Shown in pieces: positions 40,292 through 50,478 of a stretch of 64,000 nt of DNA. Each line of letters begins with the position of its first letter. Within the stretch, counting starts at the first letter, position 1. Both the position numbers and the translations under genes were made by a program. A model generated the notes under the pieces. The model was not told the origin of the DNA, ran no database searches, and worked only from the letters and a program-made list of their open reading frames with translations. The stretch comes from an uncultured cyanobacterium (lineage in GTDB: Bacteria > Cyanobacteriota > Cyanobacteriia > Cyanobacteriales > CAWUOF01), in NCBI GenBank assembly GCA_963744145.1, contig CAVUSO010000001.1, positions 160,001 to 224,000 of the forward strand, read 5' to 3'.

Positions 40292-41608
40292 ATGAGAAGT
40301 ATCCGAATTTTGCTGGGAGTAATCATTACCTTAGTCGCGACAATTTGGTTGACTCCCAATGCTTGGGGATTTTGTGGATTTTATGTGGCTAAAGCTGATA
40401 CTAAGCTGTATAATCAAGCATCTCAGGTAGTAATTGCTCGAAATGGCGATCGCACCATTTTAACTATGGCAAATGATTTTCGAGGAGATGTAAAAGATTT
40501 TGCCATTGTTGTACCAGTTCCTGTCGTTTTACAACAAGAGCAAGTTCGAGTAGGAGATCCAACAATTATTGCGAGATTAGATGCGTTTAGTGCTCCGCGC
40601 TTAGTGGAATATTTTGATCCTGATCCCTGTACCGTATACGCACCTCCAGCATCAATTCCTGCTCCCAGTGGAGCAGTGGGAGGAAATCAACCATATAGAG
40701 CAAGAGACAAAGATGGTACAGGTGTAACCATCGAAGCTCGTTTTACGGTGGGAGAATATGATATTTTGATTTTAAGCGCCAAAGAATCTAATGGTTTAGA
40801 AACTTGGCTTAACCGCAATGGTTATAAGATTCCCAGAGGTGCTAAACAAATACTTCAGCCCTACATTAAACAAAATATGAAGTTTTTTGTTGCCAAAGTT
40901 AATTTAGGAGAATTAGCTAAATCTGGTAATCAATTTTTGCGACCAATTCAGATGGCGTTTGAGTCTCCCAAGTTTATGTTACCAATTCGTCTGGGCATGA
41001 TTAATGCAGATCAGGAACAAGACTTAATTGTCTATATTTTATCCCCCAAAGGTCAAGCCGAAGTTACTAATTATCGGACTGTGAACGTTCCTTCTGACGC
41101 GGAAATTCCTGTTTTTGTGAAAGATAAGTTTGCCGATTTCTATAAAGCGATGTTCCAAACATCCTATATTCAGCAAGCCAAAAAAGTAGCATTTCGTGAA
41201 TATGCTTGGAATATGAGTAGCTGCGATCCTTGTTCTGCTGATCCTTTAAATCCAGAAGAATTGAAAAAAGCCGGAGTATTTTGGTTAGATCAGAATGGGA
41301 ATAATAACGTCTTTATTACCCGTTTCCATGTTCGCTATACAAGGGATAAGTTTCCCGAAGATTTAATGTTTCAAGAAACTGGTAATGACCAATTTTTTCA
41401 AGGGAGATATATCCTACGTCACCCATTTACTGGAGATCTGCAATGTGAAGCAGGAAAACAATATCAAAACTCTTTACCGCCAAGATTTGAACAAGAAGCG
41501 CAAACTTTATCTAGTCTAACTGGATGGAACATTGACGAGATTCGCAAACAAACAAATATTCCTCTAAGTCAAACACCCAATCCTTGGTGGAAAAAAGCGT
41601 TTGAATAG
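40292..41608 (+). CDS. DUF2330 family exported protein (tandem paralogue)
   Basis: Same motifs as 38962; start at ATG 40292 after AGGAG. Confidence 0.8.
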   Translation: MRSIRILLGVIITLVATIWLTPNAWGFCGFYVAKADTKLYNQASQVVIARNGDRTILTMANDFRGDVKDFAIVVPVPVVLQQEQVRVGDPTIIARLDAFSAPRLVEYFDPDPCTVYAPPASIPAPSGAVGGNQPYRARDKDGTGVTIEARFTVGEYDILILSAKESNGLETWLNRNGYKIPRGAKQILQPYIKQNMKFFVAKVNLGELAKSGNQFLRPIQMAFESPKFMLPIRLGMINADQEQDLIVYILSPKGQAEVTNYRTVNVPSDAEIPVFVKDKFADFYKAMFQTSYIQQAKKVAFREYAWNMSSCDPCSADPLNPEELKKAGVFWLDQNGNNNVFITRFHVRYTRDKFPEDLMFQETGNDQFFQGRYILRHPFTGDLQCEAGKQYQNSLPPRFEQEAQTLSSLTGWNIDEIRKQTNIPLSQTPNPWWKKAFE

Positions 41609-41765
41609 GGAATAAGTCAGAAAAAAAAGAGCGATTAGGACTGAAACTAACACCAAATTTTTAACCTTGTGCTAAAATATAGGTGGGAGTAAAAAACAGT
41701 CCTAATTCTTTTTTTTGCTAGTGCAATTAATGGCAAAAATTTTATCGCAACAGGAGATAAAAATA

Positions 41766-42089
41766 ATGCTAGAAAATCAAACTTCCATCCGGACCAATTG
41801 GCTCGGGTATAAAGACTATAACTTCAATCATTTTAGCCCAAGGGTCGCAACCCTATCCAGTAGCTCTAACCCAAATAACTGGAAATATGGTTTTCTGACT
41901 TATATCGCTTATCCTAATAAAAACGTCGCTACAAACGCAATGAAATATCTCCTCAAATCGGGTTTAGTTGATGACGTTGATTTGCGTCAAGCTGACCGAA
42001 TGAAAGTTAAGGGTATGAGGTGGGAATTAAAAATTAGGGGAATGTCTCTTGCACAAGTAATGACCTTAGCCCATCGCGATCGCACATAA
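41766..42089 (+). CDS. Hypothetical protein
   Basis: 107-codon ORF with an AGGAG RBS before ATG 41766 and a TGCTAAAAT extended -10 upstream; no family recognised. Confidence 0.55.
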   Translation: MLENQTSIRTNWLGYKDYNFNHFSPRVATLSSSSNPNNWKYGFLTYIAYPNKNVATNAMKYLLKSGLVDDVDLRQADRMKVKGMRWELKIRGMSLAQVMTLAHRDRT

Positions 42090-42124
42090 ATCAACCTAAC
42101 CCCCCAGCCCCCTTCCCTACCAGG

Positions 42125-42700
42125 GCTACGGTGTACACACAACCATACCTAGAGCGAGTTTCCAGCCATAAAAAAAGGATTGAAATTGGCTCGCGTCCGC
42201 GCACTAAGGTAGTAATTCCCGACGGTTTTTGAGACCGATAGCCAGACCAACCACCCAGTCGAGCAATAATCGGTAGGGGCGTATTGCAATACGCCCCTAC
42301 TGACACTTTCAGGATAATCGGTGGCAGATAAATGGGCGGAACGCCGAATCATAAATAGGGCACAACGTACTAACAGTAATGCTTCTCTGTATGTGACTGC
42401 AAGTTAATTTCACCACTATCACGCTATTGCTAATACGTGTTTTTGTCCCTCTACCTGCAAGGCACAATGCTCTCTTAAACTTACGACTAATTCTCCAATT
42501 TGCACATTTTCATTCGCTAAAAATCTGTAATATCCAACTTGCTCGGCTCGATTTCTACTGATATTCCGAATATTTACTGATTGATGTTGTGCCATTGCTG
42601 TATACAATGAAGCCCCTCTTTTTCCCAGTCTTGGATCTCCGAATGCTGTTCCCTGACATTGTTGCACATGAATTAAAATTGGATTTTCCACTACTTTTTT
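42125..42700 (-). mobile_element. IS4-family (IS50/Tn5-like) transposase remnant
   Basis: N-terminal FGDPRLGKR...YYRFLANENV..HVLAI and C-terminal IARLGGWSGYRSQKP.GITTL.RG fragments, with the middle missing; a REP palindrome lies at 42273-42300; terminal GCTACGGTGTACACA. Confidence 0.75.
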
Positions 42701-42740
42701 CTCCTTACTTCCCTTCCCTATCAAAATGCCAAAACATCTT

Positions 42741-42986
42741 ATACCAATTCACCATGAAGATACATTGATGTATATTGATCTGTGGGTGAGGGTGGGTTTT
42801 GATGATTAGTGGGCAAATCTCAAACATCTCGGTGAACCCACCCCTACAAAAACCCGCAAATAGAGGATAAACTTGGTAGGGGCAGGTTCACCAGTCAATT
42901 CTGTCGCCAACAGATCACTATTATAAACCTGCCCATAGCTAACAGATCAAACTCAGATTAAGTGCAATTTCATGGGTTATTGGTAT
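42741..42986. mobile_element. MITE (ATACCAAT...ATTGGTAT ends) containing REP-like hairpins
   Basis: Terminal inverted repeats TACCAATTCACCATGAA / TTCATGGGTTATTGGTA; inverted homologue at 49241-49540, partial copy near 1667-1752. Confidence 0.75.
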
Positions 42987-43054
42987 TAGCTTCATAAAGT
43001 GGTACTAAATCCTGATCAGGTTCACTTTTAAACAATCCACTATCATTTGCCATA

Positions 43055-44031
43055 TCAAACATTCGCATAAGCTTCCTTAATTTTAATCTCCTGGGGATTA
43101 ATTTCTGGTATATCTTCCAACAGTCTCGATTTCTCTACATATTCACTCCGTTCCGTCTCCAAATCTACACCTAAATTTAAAGAAAACTGACCATCATCGA
43201 TCGCTTTCCGTTCCTTCTTATTCCGATTCTTAAACTGAGTCGCTAACTTCTTATCATCTCCAGTCACAGCTTTAAACGCTTCATCAGGAATTACTTCATT
43301 TAAACAGGAAATATCTAACACTCCCACCAAAGAATTACCGCACTTAATCCGATGATCTAAAAAATTCAATGGTAATCCTTTACAAAACCCTTCAATCCAT
43401 AACGCAACCTTACATAAATCTACAGCCAAAGGGTTTAAATCTACCCCATATATACAGTTTTGAATTACATCTCTAATTGCTTGTCGCAAAGATGCTAAAC
43501 TCGGTTGAGACTCTCCGGTTCTCGCGATCGCTAACTCTTTCCCAATTCGACGAGCAGCAGCTAACAAAAAATGACCAGAACCACAAGCAGGATCGCAGAC
43601 TTTCAACGATAAAATAGCCTTTTCCTTCTCAGCTTTAACCTGAGCATCCCAACTACTAACTCTTTCCCCAATCACCGGATCTAAAGCACTCTTAATCAAC
43701 TGAGCAACTAAAGCAGGAGGAGTATAATAAATTCAGAAGTGGATTTTGCTACTGGTTGATATCCCAATAATTTTAACAGCGGAATCGCCCAAAATTCTCC
43801 AGTAGTTGCAATAGCTGTACTAGTTTGATCTCTAGTTAAACGACGTTGAAAAATCTGCCATAAATCTTTAGCTTCACCCCAAGCAAAAGCTATTTCATCC
43901 GCTAACTTATTACGATCAACCAGAGCAAAACTTTCTGGAGATTGTCCCTTTAATTCTCCAGAATTAATTTCACCGATTAAATCAGGCGTAATTAAGTTTC
44001 CTTGGATAGAAATACCTGTTAAACTTGTCAT
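43055..44031 (-). pseudogene. Decayed N6-adenine methyltransferase (Eco57I/type IIG, DrmMI-like)
   Basis: N-terminal fragment (IQGNLITPDL) joined out of frame to YYTPPALV..., VCDPACGSGHFL, IYGVDLNPLAV and IKCGNSL; truncated before the NPPY/W motif. Confidence 0.82.
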
Positions 44032-44053
44032 GGGTTAGATTTAGGCGAAAGTA

Positions 44054-44062
44054 TGGTATAAT
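44054..44062 (+). promoter_or_regulatory. Extended -10 promoter for the ATPase operon
   Basis: TGGTATAAT about 30 bp upstream of ATG 44094. Confidence 0.5.
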
Positions 44063-44093
44063 TGCACATATATCTATATTACTAAATTTTTCC

Positions 44094-45152
44094 ATGAAAG
44101 TCCAATCGATCGAGTTAAAATATTTTAAAAGATTTAAGGAGCAAAAATTTGACTTCACTGATGCAGAAACTGGATTAGCGCAAGATTTGATCATTCTGGT
44201 GGGGATGAATGGTGCCGGAAAAACCACTCTTCTCCAAGCGATCGCTGCAACATTAGGGGTCGCGACAGGAAGATTAAAAAAAATTTCTGCTCTAGAATGG
44301 AGTGGATTTAACTATGAATTATTAAGTATTAATTGGAGAACGATAGAACCAAAAGTAAGAATGGATGTACAGTTTTCAAACCAAGAATTAGAAGCAAATA
44401 GTAATATTTATCGTGAATTAATAAAAACAAACTCAAATTTACCAATAATTCCTAGTCAAAACAATGTTATATCTCTACAATGGCAAAAAGAAAAAGTTTA
44501 CGCAAGTTCTCCAAATGAGTTATTCCAATTTAGAGGAAGAGAATATGCTAAACAATTAGTTCGCTCAGAAGGATTTCAAATATTTGAACAGGTTGGGACA
44601 GTTCTTTGGTACACAGAACAAAGAACATCAACTAGTTTAACTAGCGAAAATCCCCATAAAAAAATAGAAATTACTGATGATATTCTACGCGATCGCTTGT
44701 CAAAATGGCGACAAGTTCATCAAGATCTAAAAACTAGGAACATGGAACTACGTCTGGGACAAAAGGATCTATATGCAGAAATTGAAAATAATTACAAAAT
44801 TGTTTTTCCAGAGCGAGAATTTAAAGGTCCAGTATTAAGAGAATCAATTAATGATATTTTAAGTGAACCTTGGTTTTATCTTAACGATGGTAAAAATCAG
44901 TATGAAATTTCAGAGATGTCAGGAGGAGAACGTGCTATATTTCCAATCTTAATGGATTTTGCTAGTTGGAATATCCATAATTCAGTAATTTTAATTGATG
45001 AAATCGAACTGCATTTACATCCACCAGCTCAACAAGCATTATTAAGAGCATTACCTAAATTGGGTAAAAATAATCAATTTATAATTACTACCCATTCTGA
45101 TTATATAGCCCAATTAGTACCAGAAGAATATATTCATATAATTAAAATATGA
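44094..45152 (+). CDS. ABC/AAA_21-type ATPase (defence-associated)
   Basis: GMNGAGKTT Walker A, MSGGE signature, ILIDEIELHLHP Walker B, IITTHS. Confidence 0.88.
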   Translation: MKVQSIELKYFKRFKEQKFDFTDAETGLAQDLIILVGMNGAGKTTLLQAIAATLGVATGRLKKISALEWSGFNYELLSINWRTIEPKVRMDVQFSNQELEANSNIYRELIKTNSNLPIIPSQNNVISLQWQKEKVYASSPNELFQFRGREYAKQLVRSEGFQIFEQVGTVLWYTEQRTSTSLTSENPHKKIEITDDILRDRLSKWRQVHQDLKTRNMELRLGQKDLYAEIENNYKIVFPEREFKGPVLRESINDILSEPWFYLNDGKNQYEISEMSGGERAIFPILMDFASWNIHNSVILIDEIELHLHPPAQQALLRALPKLGKNNQFIITTHSDYIAQLVPEEYIHIIKI

Positions 45153-45765
45153 TTGCTAGTATTATTAATAGAAAAATCATCTTTTGTGAAGGTAAAGAAG
45201 CTAGTTTAGACTATCTGTTACTTAACCAACTAATTCAAAATATGCCTGGTAATAAATATACAATTATTCCAGCAGGAAGTAAATTTACATTCTCTACATT
45301 TGCCGAAGGATATTTTTATCGTAATCAACCAGATGAACAAAAATATATTATCTTTCGCGATCGAGATTTTGATGTTGAACCAGCTCTTGATTGTCAATTA
45401 CTTAAACTAAAAAATCAAGCAAATAATACAAATATCTTTTTAAGTTATCGTAGCTGTATTGAAAACTATCTTTTAGATTCTAATTTAATTCATAATTATT
45501 GGGAAGAGAAGTATCAAGAAAAACAAGCAAATCCTACTTCTAAATGGGGACACGGAAATTCACCGGGAGTTGCAGTCATTTCAACATGGATTGAAACTAG
45601 CTGTAAGAAGTTAAAAGATTATCAATCTATCCGTTGGGCATTAGGTGAATTATTGAATAATAATATGCTCAGAAAGCAACTAAAAACAACATGGACTGGT
45701 AGTAGTGGTAATCTTCCTGAATCATTAAAATTAGAAGATTGTAGAATAGAAGCATTGAAAATCAT

Positions 45766-47659
45766 AGAAATAACTCGGTAAGTGGGAAACTCAGTTCTTT
45801 AGAACTGGGAGGGAAACGGCTCGTGCGGTTTTAACCGCCAGTAAATATTTCTTCAATTAGCGGAGTGGTGTGGGTCTTCTATGTATTTCTTAACCACTTC
45901 ACTACTAATATTACCTGCTGTGCTTACAAAATAACTGCTTGTCCAAAGACTAGGTAATTTTAATAATTGTGGAAACTCTTTTCTTAGATAATTACTTGAC
46001 CTTCCTTTAAATGCTTTAACCACCAGTGCGGGGGTGTCTGTCGGTTTAACTGCCACAAATAGATGTACATGATCTGGGGCAACTTCTAAGGCTAAAATAT
46101 CCCAACCTTTCTCTATTGCCAAAGCTAAAAATATCTGACGGATTCTAGTTGCTATATCGCCGACTAGAACTGGACGGCGACGCTTAGGGATAAATACAAA
46201 ATGGTAGTTAAGCAGGAACTTGACGTGATTGTGGGTTTTGTATTCCGGTAAATTTAGCATAAAAAGATTGTAGATATAAGTTGACAAATCAACTATACTA
46301 CGTTATGCTGTTAATAACAAGATAGAAAAGGAAAGAAAGTGGCTAAAGCTAGAAGTAAGACGCCAAAAAAAACCAAAGTACCGTTAGGTGTTCAGCAAAA
46401 TTTGATCAATGCTGAACCAGAGTTAAAAGCAATTCTTGAATTTATTTGCTCGGAGTCGAACAAACTCCACAATTGTGCTACCTACTATGCGCGTCAAATG
46501 TGGTTTAAAGCTCACCAATACGTCACCAAGTTTGACATAGTAAGGAATCTTACGGAAAATGTGCATTTCTCTGCACTACCCTCAGATGCAGCAGTGCAAA
46601 CTTGTATCTCAGTGGGAGAGTCAATTAGCTCTTTTGCCAAGTTACGGGGGTTGTGGCTAAGTGGTCAACTTGAAACTAGACCCAAACTACCCAATTATCG
46701 AAAACCGGGGTATCAATTAGTTGCCTATCCTAAACGGTCACTAAGGTTAATTGATGGAAAGATTAGATTCCCTTTAGGATTACAGGTCAATGCTTGGTTT
46801 GGCATCAAAGAATTTTTCCTACCAATGCCAACTAACCTAGATTTTGAGTCTCTTAGAGAGGTCAGGATACTCCCTAGAAACGGTTGCTTTTATGCTGAGT
46901 TTATCTACCCAGTTCTAGTCGAAAAACCTGTCCTAGACCCAGCTAAATGTTTGGGGATAGACCACGGTTTGAATAACTGGTTGACAGCCGTTAGTAATGT
47001 AGGGACAAGTTTTATTATTGATGGCAAACACCTAAAGTCAGTCAATCAATGGTACAACAAACAGGTCGCCAAACTTAAAGCTAATAAACCCGAAGGTTTT
47101 TGGTCTAATCGTTTAGCTGCAATGACGGAGAAACGTAATAGACAAATGAGGGACGCTATCAACAAAGCGGCTCGGATAGTGATAAACCATTGTTTAAATA
47201 ATGGGATAGGAACTTTAGTTTTTGGTTGGAATAAAAGTCAAAAAGATGGGATAGAGTTAGGCAAAAAGAACAATCAAAACTTTGTCCAAATCCCTACGGC
47301 TAGGCTTAAAGCAAGAATTCAAGAACTTTGTGAGTTGTTTGGCATTAAGTTTGCCGAAACTGAAGAAAGTTATACCAGCAAGGCTAGTTTTTTAGATGCT
47401 GATCCCATCCCAACTTACGGTGAAAAACCCGCAGGATGGACAGCATCAGGAAAAAGAGTTAGCCGTGGTTCCTATCTCAGTTCCAAAGGCACTAAGATAA
47501 ATGCCGATTGCAATGGTGCAGCCAACATTTTAAGAAAAGTAGCGGTGGAGCTTGGGCTAGTCCTAAGTGAAATCAGTAGAGGTGTCTTGTACGCGCACTT
47601 TGAAGTTCAGGATCTGGACTCTTCAAGAATCTCAGTGTCTTTAGACCTGAGAGTATCAA
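45766..47659 (+). mobile_element. IS200/IS605-family element (IS605 group)
   Basis: Divergent tnpA/tnpB; subterminal hairpins (CTCAGTTC-TTTA-GAACTGGG left, CTCAGTGTC-TTTA-GACCTGAG right); right end TCAA; no target duplication. Confidence 0.9.
45853..46260 (-). CDS. tnpA: IS200-type Y1 transposase
   Basis: NYHFVFIPKRR, PDHVHL (HUH), FKGRSS, LWTSSYFVST and KKYIE motifs. Confidence 0.93.
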   Translation of the reverse strand: MLNLPEYKTHNHVKFLLNYHFVFIPKRRRPVLVGDIATRIRQIFLALAIEKGWDILALEVAPDHVHLFVAVKPTDTPALVVKAFKGRSSNYLRKEFPQLLKLPSLWTSSYFVSTAGNISSEVVKKYIEDPHHSAN

Positions 47660-47775
47660 AAATGAATTTAGACAATCTATTGAAATGCTTACACAAGAAA
47701 AATTTGAACAAAATATTACTATATACCAAAGCAAATTTAATCAAGAGGAGTTTTGGTCAAAAAAACAGTATTTAA
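46339..47775 (+). CDS. tnpB: RNA-guided endonuclease TnpB (C-terminal frameshift read-through)
   Basis: GIDHGL, VFGWNK, NQNFVQIP, EESYTSKASFLD and INADCNGAANIL motifs; the native stop is probably near 47644. Confidence 0.9.
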   Translation: MAKARSKTPKKTKVPLGVQQNLINAEPELKAILEFICSESNKLHNCATYYARQMWFKAHQYVTKFDIVRNLTENVHFSALPSDAAVQTCISVGESISSFAKLRGLWLSGQLETRPKLPNYRKPGYQLVAYPKRSLRLIDGKIRFPLGLQVNAWFGIKEFFLPMPTNLDFESLREVRILPRNGCFYAEFIYPVLVEKPVLDPAKCLGIDHGLNNWLTAVSNVGTSFIIDGKHLKSVNQWYNKQVAKLKANKPEGFWSNRLAAMTEKRNRQMRDAINKAARIVINHCLNNGIGTLVFGWNKSQKDGIELGKKNNQNFVQIPTARLKARIQELCELFGIKFAETEESYTSKASFLDADPIPTYGEKPAGWTASGKRVSRGSYLSSKGTKINADCNGAANILRKVAVELGLVLSEISRGVLYAHFEVQDLDSSRISVSLDLRVSKMNLDNLLKCLHKKNLNKILLYTKANLIKRSFGQKNSI

Positions 47776-48023
47776 TCTGGTTTAATGGCAAAGATATTAT
47801 CAAAGAAATGCAAAAACAAAACCCTAGATATATTTCTCTTAAAAAATTTTCTGAGTGGGCAATTACTAGACTTGAAATTAATCAACATCAGGATTTGATA
47901 GAATTAAAAGAAAAAATTGCCCAATTATAAATGTATCTCAAAGAAAATTTCATCTCGGTTAATCAATTATATCTCCGCTATTAAAAAGCTTACAACTTTG
48001 TTTGGATGATATTTTACCTCGGA

Positions 48024-49802
48024 CTATTTAGGAATTAAAATATAAATCCCTAAAATATCCACAGGTAACTTAGGTTTAACTTGAACTTTTCCTTCCTTAG
48101 TAATATTCCTAACCCGTTGATGAGATGCGGCTAAAATTTTTCCTCTTTCTGCTGCGATCGCCCCCAAATCAAACTCTAAATCACCCAACCGATTTAAAAT
48201 CTGATTAATCCGATTACGCTTATTTTCTAAAGAAAAATCTCCGCTTGGTTCACAGCGATCGAGCGAATTTAAAGACTCTTGAGCTGATAACCAATTAGCA
48301 TGAGTAGGATTCCCCGTAAAACCTCTAACTAAAGCTTCTTCTGCAAGTAAATTTTCACCTTTAGAACTAACCAATAAATAACCTATCCTCAATAATAAAA
48401 TATAAGTAGGTTTATCTACTCCTGAAGTCAGGGTCACACCACAGCGAGATGCGATCGGATTTTCGGTATTTTCATTTAAACTCTCTTCAACAATATGAAG
48501 AGCTAATCCAGCTACCAAAGGATGATTTCTCCCAATATATTCTACTCCTTCTGGTGGTGGAGAAGTAAAAATAACTAAGCGATCGGTTAAACCAGATTGT
48601 AAAAAGGTAGGAATACTAGGTAATTTCCAAACATTTTTCTGTTTAATTAAGGAACAACCCAACTTTCCACAAGCATTAATCACAAACCTTTTTACATCAT
48701 CTTCACTCCCTAAAATTTCATCAGATTCAATTAATTCCTTCTCTACCTCCTCCGGTTTAATTGAACGTTGAGCAAAACGAGTCCGATTTAATTTCTCCCG
48801 TTCTACTGCACGATCCCAACTTTGATGAACTTCTACTAAAGGAGAATTTTGATCTTCTAATAGATCAAAAATACTTAATTGTTTTGCTTCTGCTGCTTGA
48901 GCAAATAAAGACTTAAAGACTGCATCTTGTACCGTACTACTATCCATCGGAACTGGAACCGTTACCCCCAAAGAACGATGAATTTCGACAGCTTTACGAA
49001 TTAAAACTTGTAAAACTGCTCCATCGATCGGGTTATCTTGACCATAAAATAAATAACATTTCACTTGGGGTGCTACTTGTCCATAACGATCAATTCTTCC
49101 TTCTCGTTGTTCTAAACGATTAGGATTCCAGGGTAAATCATAATGAATTGCAGCAGTAAAGTGTTCTTGTAAATTAATTCCTTCACTCAAACAATCCGTA
49201 GCAACTAAAATCCGTTGGGGTGAGTTTTTCAATTCATCTAATACCAATTAACTATGAAATTGCACTTAATCTGAGGTTGATCTGTTAGAGTCAGGGCAGG
49301 TTTATAATGGTGATCTGTTGGTGGCAAAATTGACTGGTGAACCTGCCCCTACCAATTTTATCCTCAATTTGCGGATTTCTGTAGTAGGGGCGGGTTCGCC
49401 CAGATTTTTGAAATTTACCAATTAATTAGAAAAACCCGCCCGGGTTCACCGAGATGTTTGACATTTACCTACTAATCATCAAAACCCACCCTCACCCACA
49501 GATCAATATACATCAATGTATCTTCATAGTGAATTGGTAGTAGCAGCTAATTCTTCATCTAAATCTTCCTCAACTTCTGCAAGAGAACTATATTTTTGTG
49601 TTTGACGACTCAGAGTTGCGATCGCAGCAGCAGGAGAAGACATTACACATCGTAAAATTGCCAAAGCAGACCAATAACGACCTCTTCTTTGAGCATAACT
49701 AAGAGATGTTTCCGTCGCAGTTTTGACTAACTTCCAAGCAAAATCATATACCCCATTCAATAATTCCCGATATTCCTTAGAAAGCAAATAGGGTTCTTCC
49801 AC
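48024..49802 (-). pseudogene. SNF2-like helicase (DrmD-like) fragments split by a MITE
   Basis: ILVATDCLSEGINLQ..YDLPWNPNRLEQREGRIDRYGQ helicase C-terminal motifs; upstream fragment LRCVMSSPAAA; the N-terminal ATPase half is absent. Confidence 0.82.
49241..49540. mobile_element. MITE, inverted copy of 42741-42986 with an extra REP hairpin
   Basis: TACCAATTAACTATGAA ... TTCATAGTGAATTGGTA ends; interrupts the helicase. Confidence 0.8.
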
Positions 49803-49858
49803 AGAAACTGACTTCTCAATAACTTGAAAGAACGTGGATTGTGAAACTTAAAAAGCGA

Positions 49859-50434
49859 TCAGGGTAAAATATCCTCTATAAGTATCACCAGATCAGGAAA
49901 AGCTAAGGGTGAGACACTTTCACCAGGTTTAAATATTTGTTGGTGTTGATAACCTTCAGGTGTAGGATTACGATAGACTTCAATTTCATTGGATTTGAGA
50001 TTAATTAACCAATATTCCCTAATCCCAGCTTGAGCATAAACTACTCCTTTTTCTCGATCGTGTCTAATTGTGCTGTCTGAAACTTCAATCACTAAAGCTA
50101 TATCTTTGGGTTCTGGATGTTTCAGGAGTTTTCTATAGGTATCTAAGTCTAATTGGATGAGTGCCAAGTCTGGTTGAGGCAAATTATAGTTATTTATACT
50201 GATGGGATTTTGGCTTAATGGTAAAGCACGTTTGTTTAAACGCTCCGAAAAAATAACCGTTAAGGTCAGCACACAAATAGCATGACGACTTCCAATTGGT
50301 GCCATATAAAAAATATCTCCTTCAATTAACTCAACTCGATCGTCTTCACCCAGAATCCCGACTTCACCTAATCGGTAGAATTCCTCGACGGTAAAAGCTT
50401 TCTTGAGAGTTTTTTCCTCGGAAATTAAAACCAT
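49859..50434 (-). CDS. Uma2 family endonuclease
   Basis: FTVEEF..RVELIEG..MAPIG..H, PQPDL, LVIEVSDST and YAQAGIREYWLINL motifs. Confidence 0.9.
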   Translation of the reverse strand: MVLISEEKTLKKAFTVEEFYRLGEVGILGEDDRVELIEGDIFYMAPIGSRHAICVLTLTVIFSERLNKRALPLSQNPISINNYNLPQPDLALIQLDLDTYRKLLKHPEPKDIALVIEVSDSTIRHDREKGVVYAQAGIREYWLINLKSNEIEVYRNPTPEGYQHQQIFKPGESVSPLAFPDLVILIEDILP

Positions 50435-50478
50435 AACATCACCAACAATCCCAGACTCGCGCTAATCATAAGTAGGGC

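Larger units (their letters stand above)
45149..47930 (+). pseudogene. TOPRIM-like (DUF4435-like) protein interrupted by IS605
   Basis: IIFCEG..D, RDRDFD and IENYLL motifs; joining 45149-45765 to 47660-47930 gives a continuous 295-aa frame (..ALKII-NEFRQSIEMLTQ..FNGKD..); ATGA overlap with the ATPase. Confidence 0.8.

Noticed and set aside
47685-47930. Independent 81-aa gene
   Set aside because: It is the C-terminal part of the IS-interrupted 45149 gene
43055-49802. Functional DISARM system
   Set aside because: Helicase and methylase are fragmented, and no drmA/drmB/drmC equivalents are in the window
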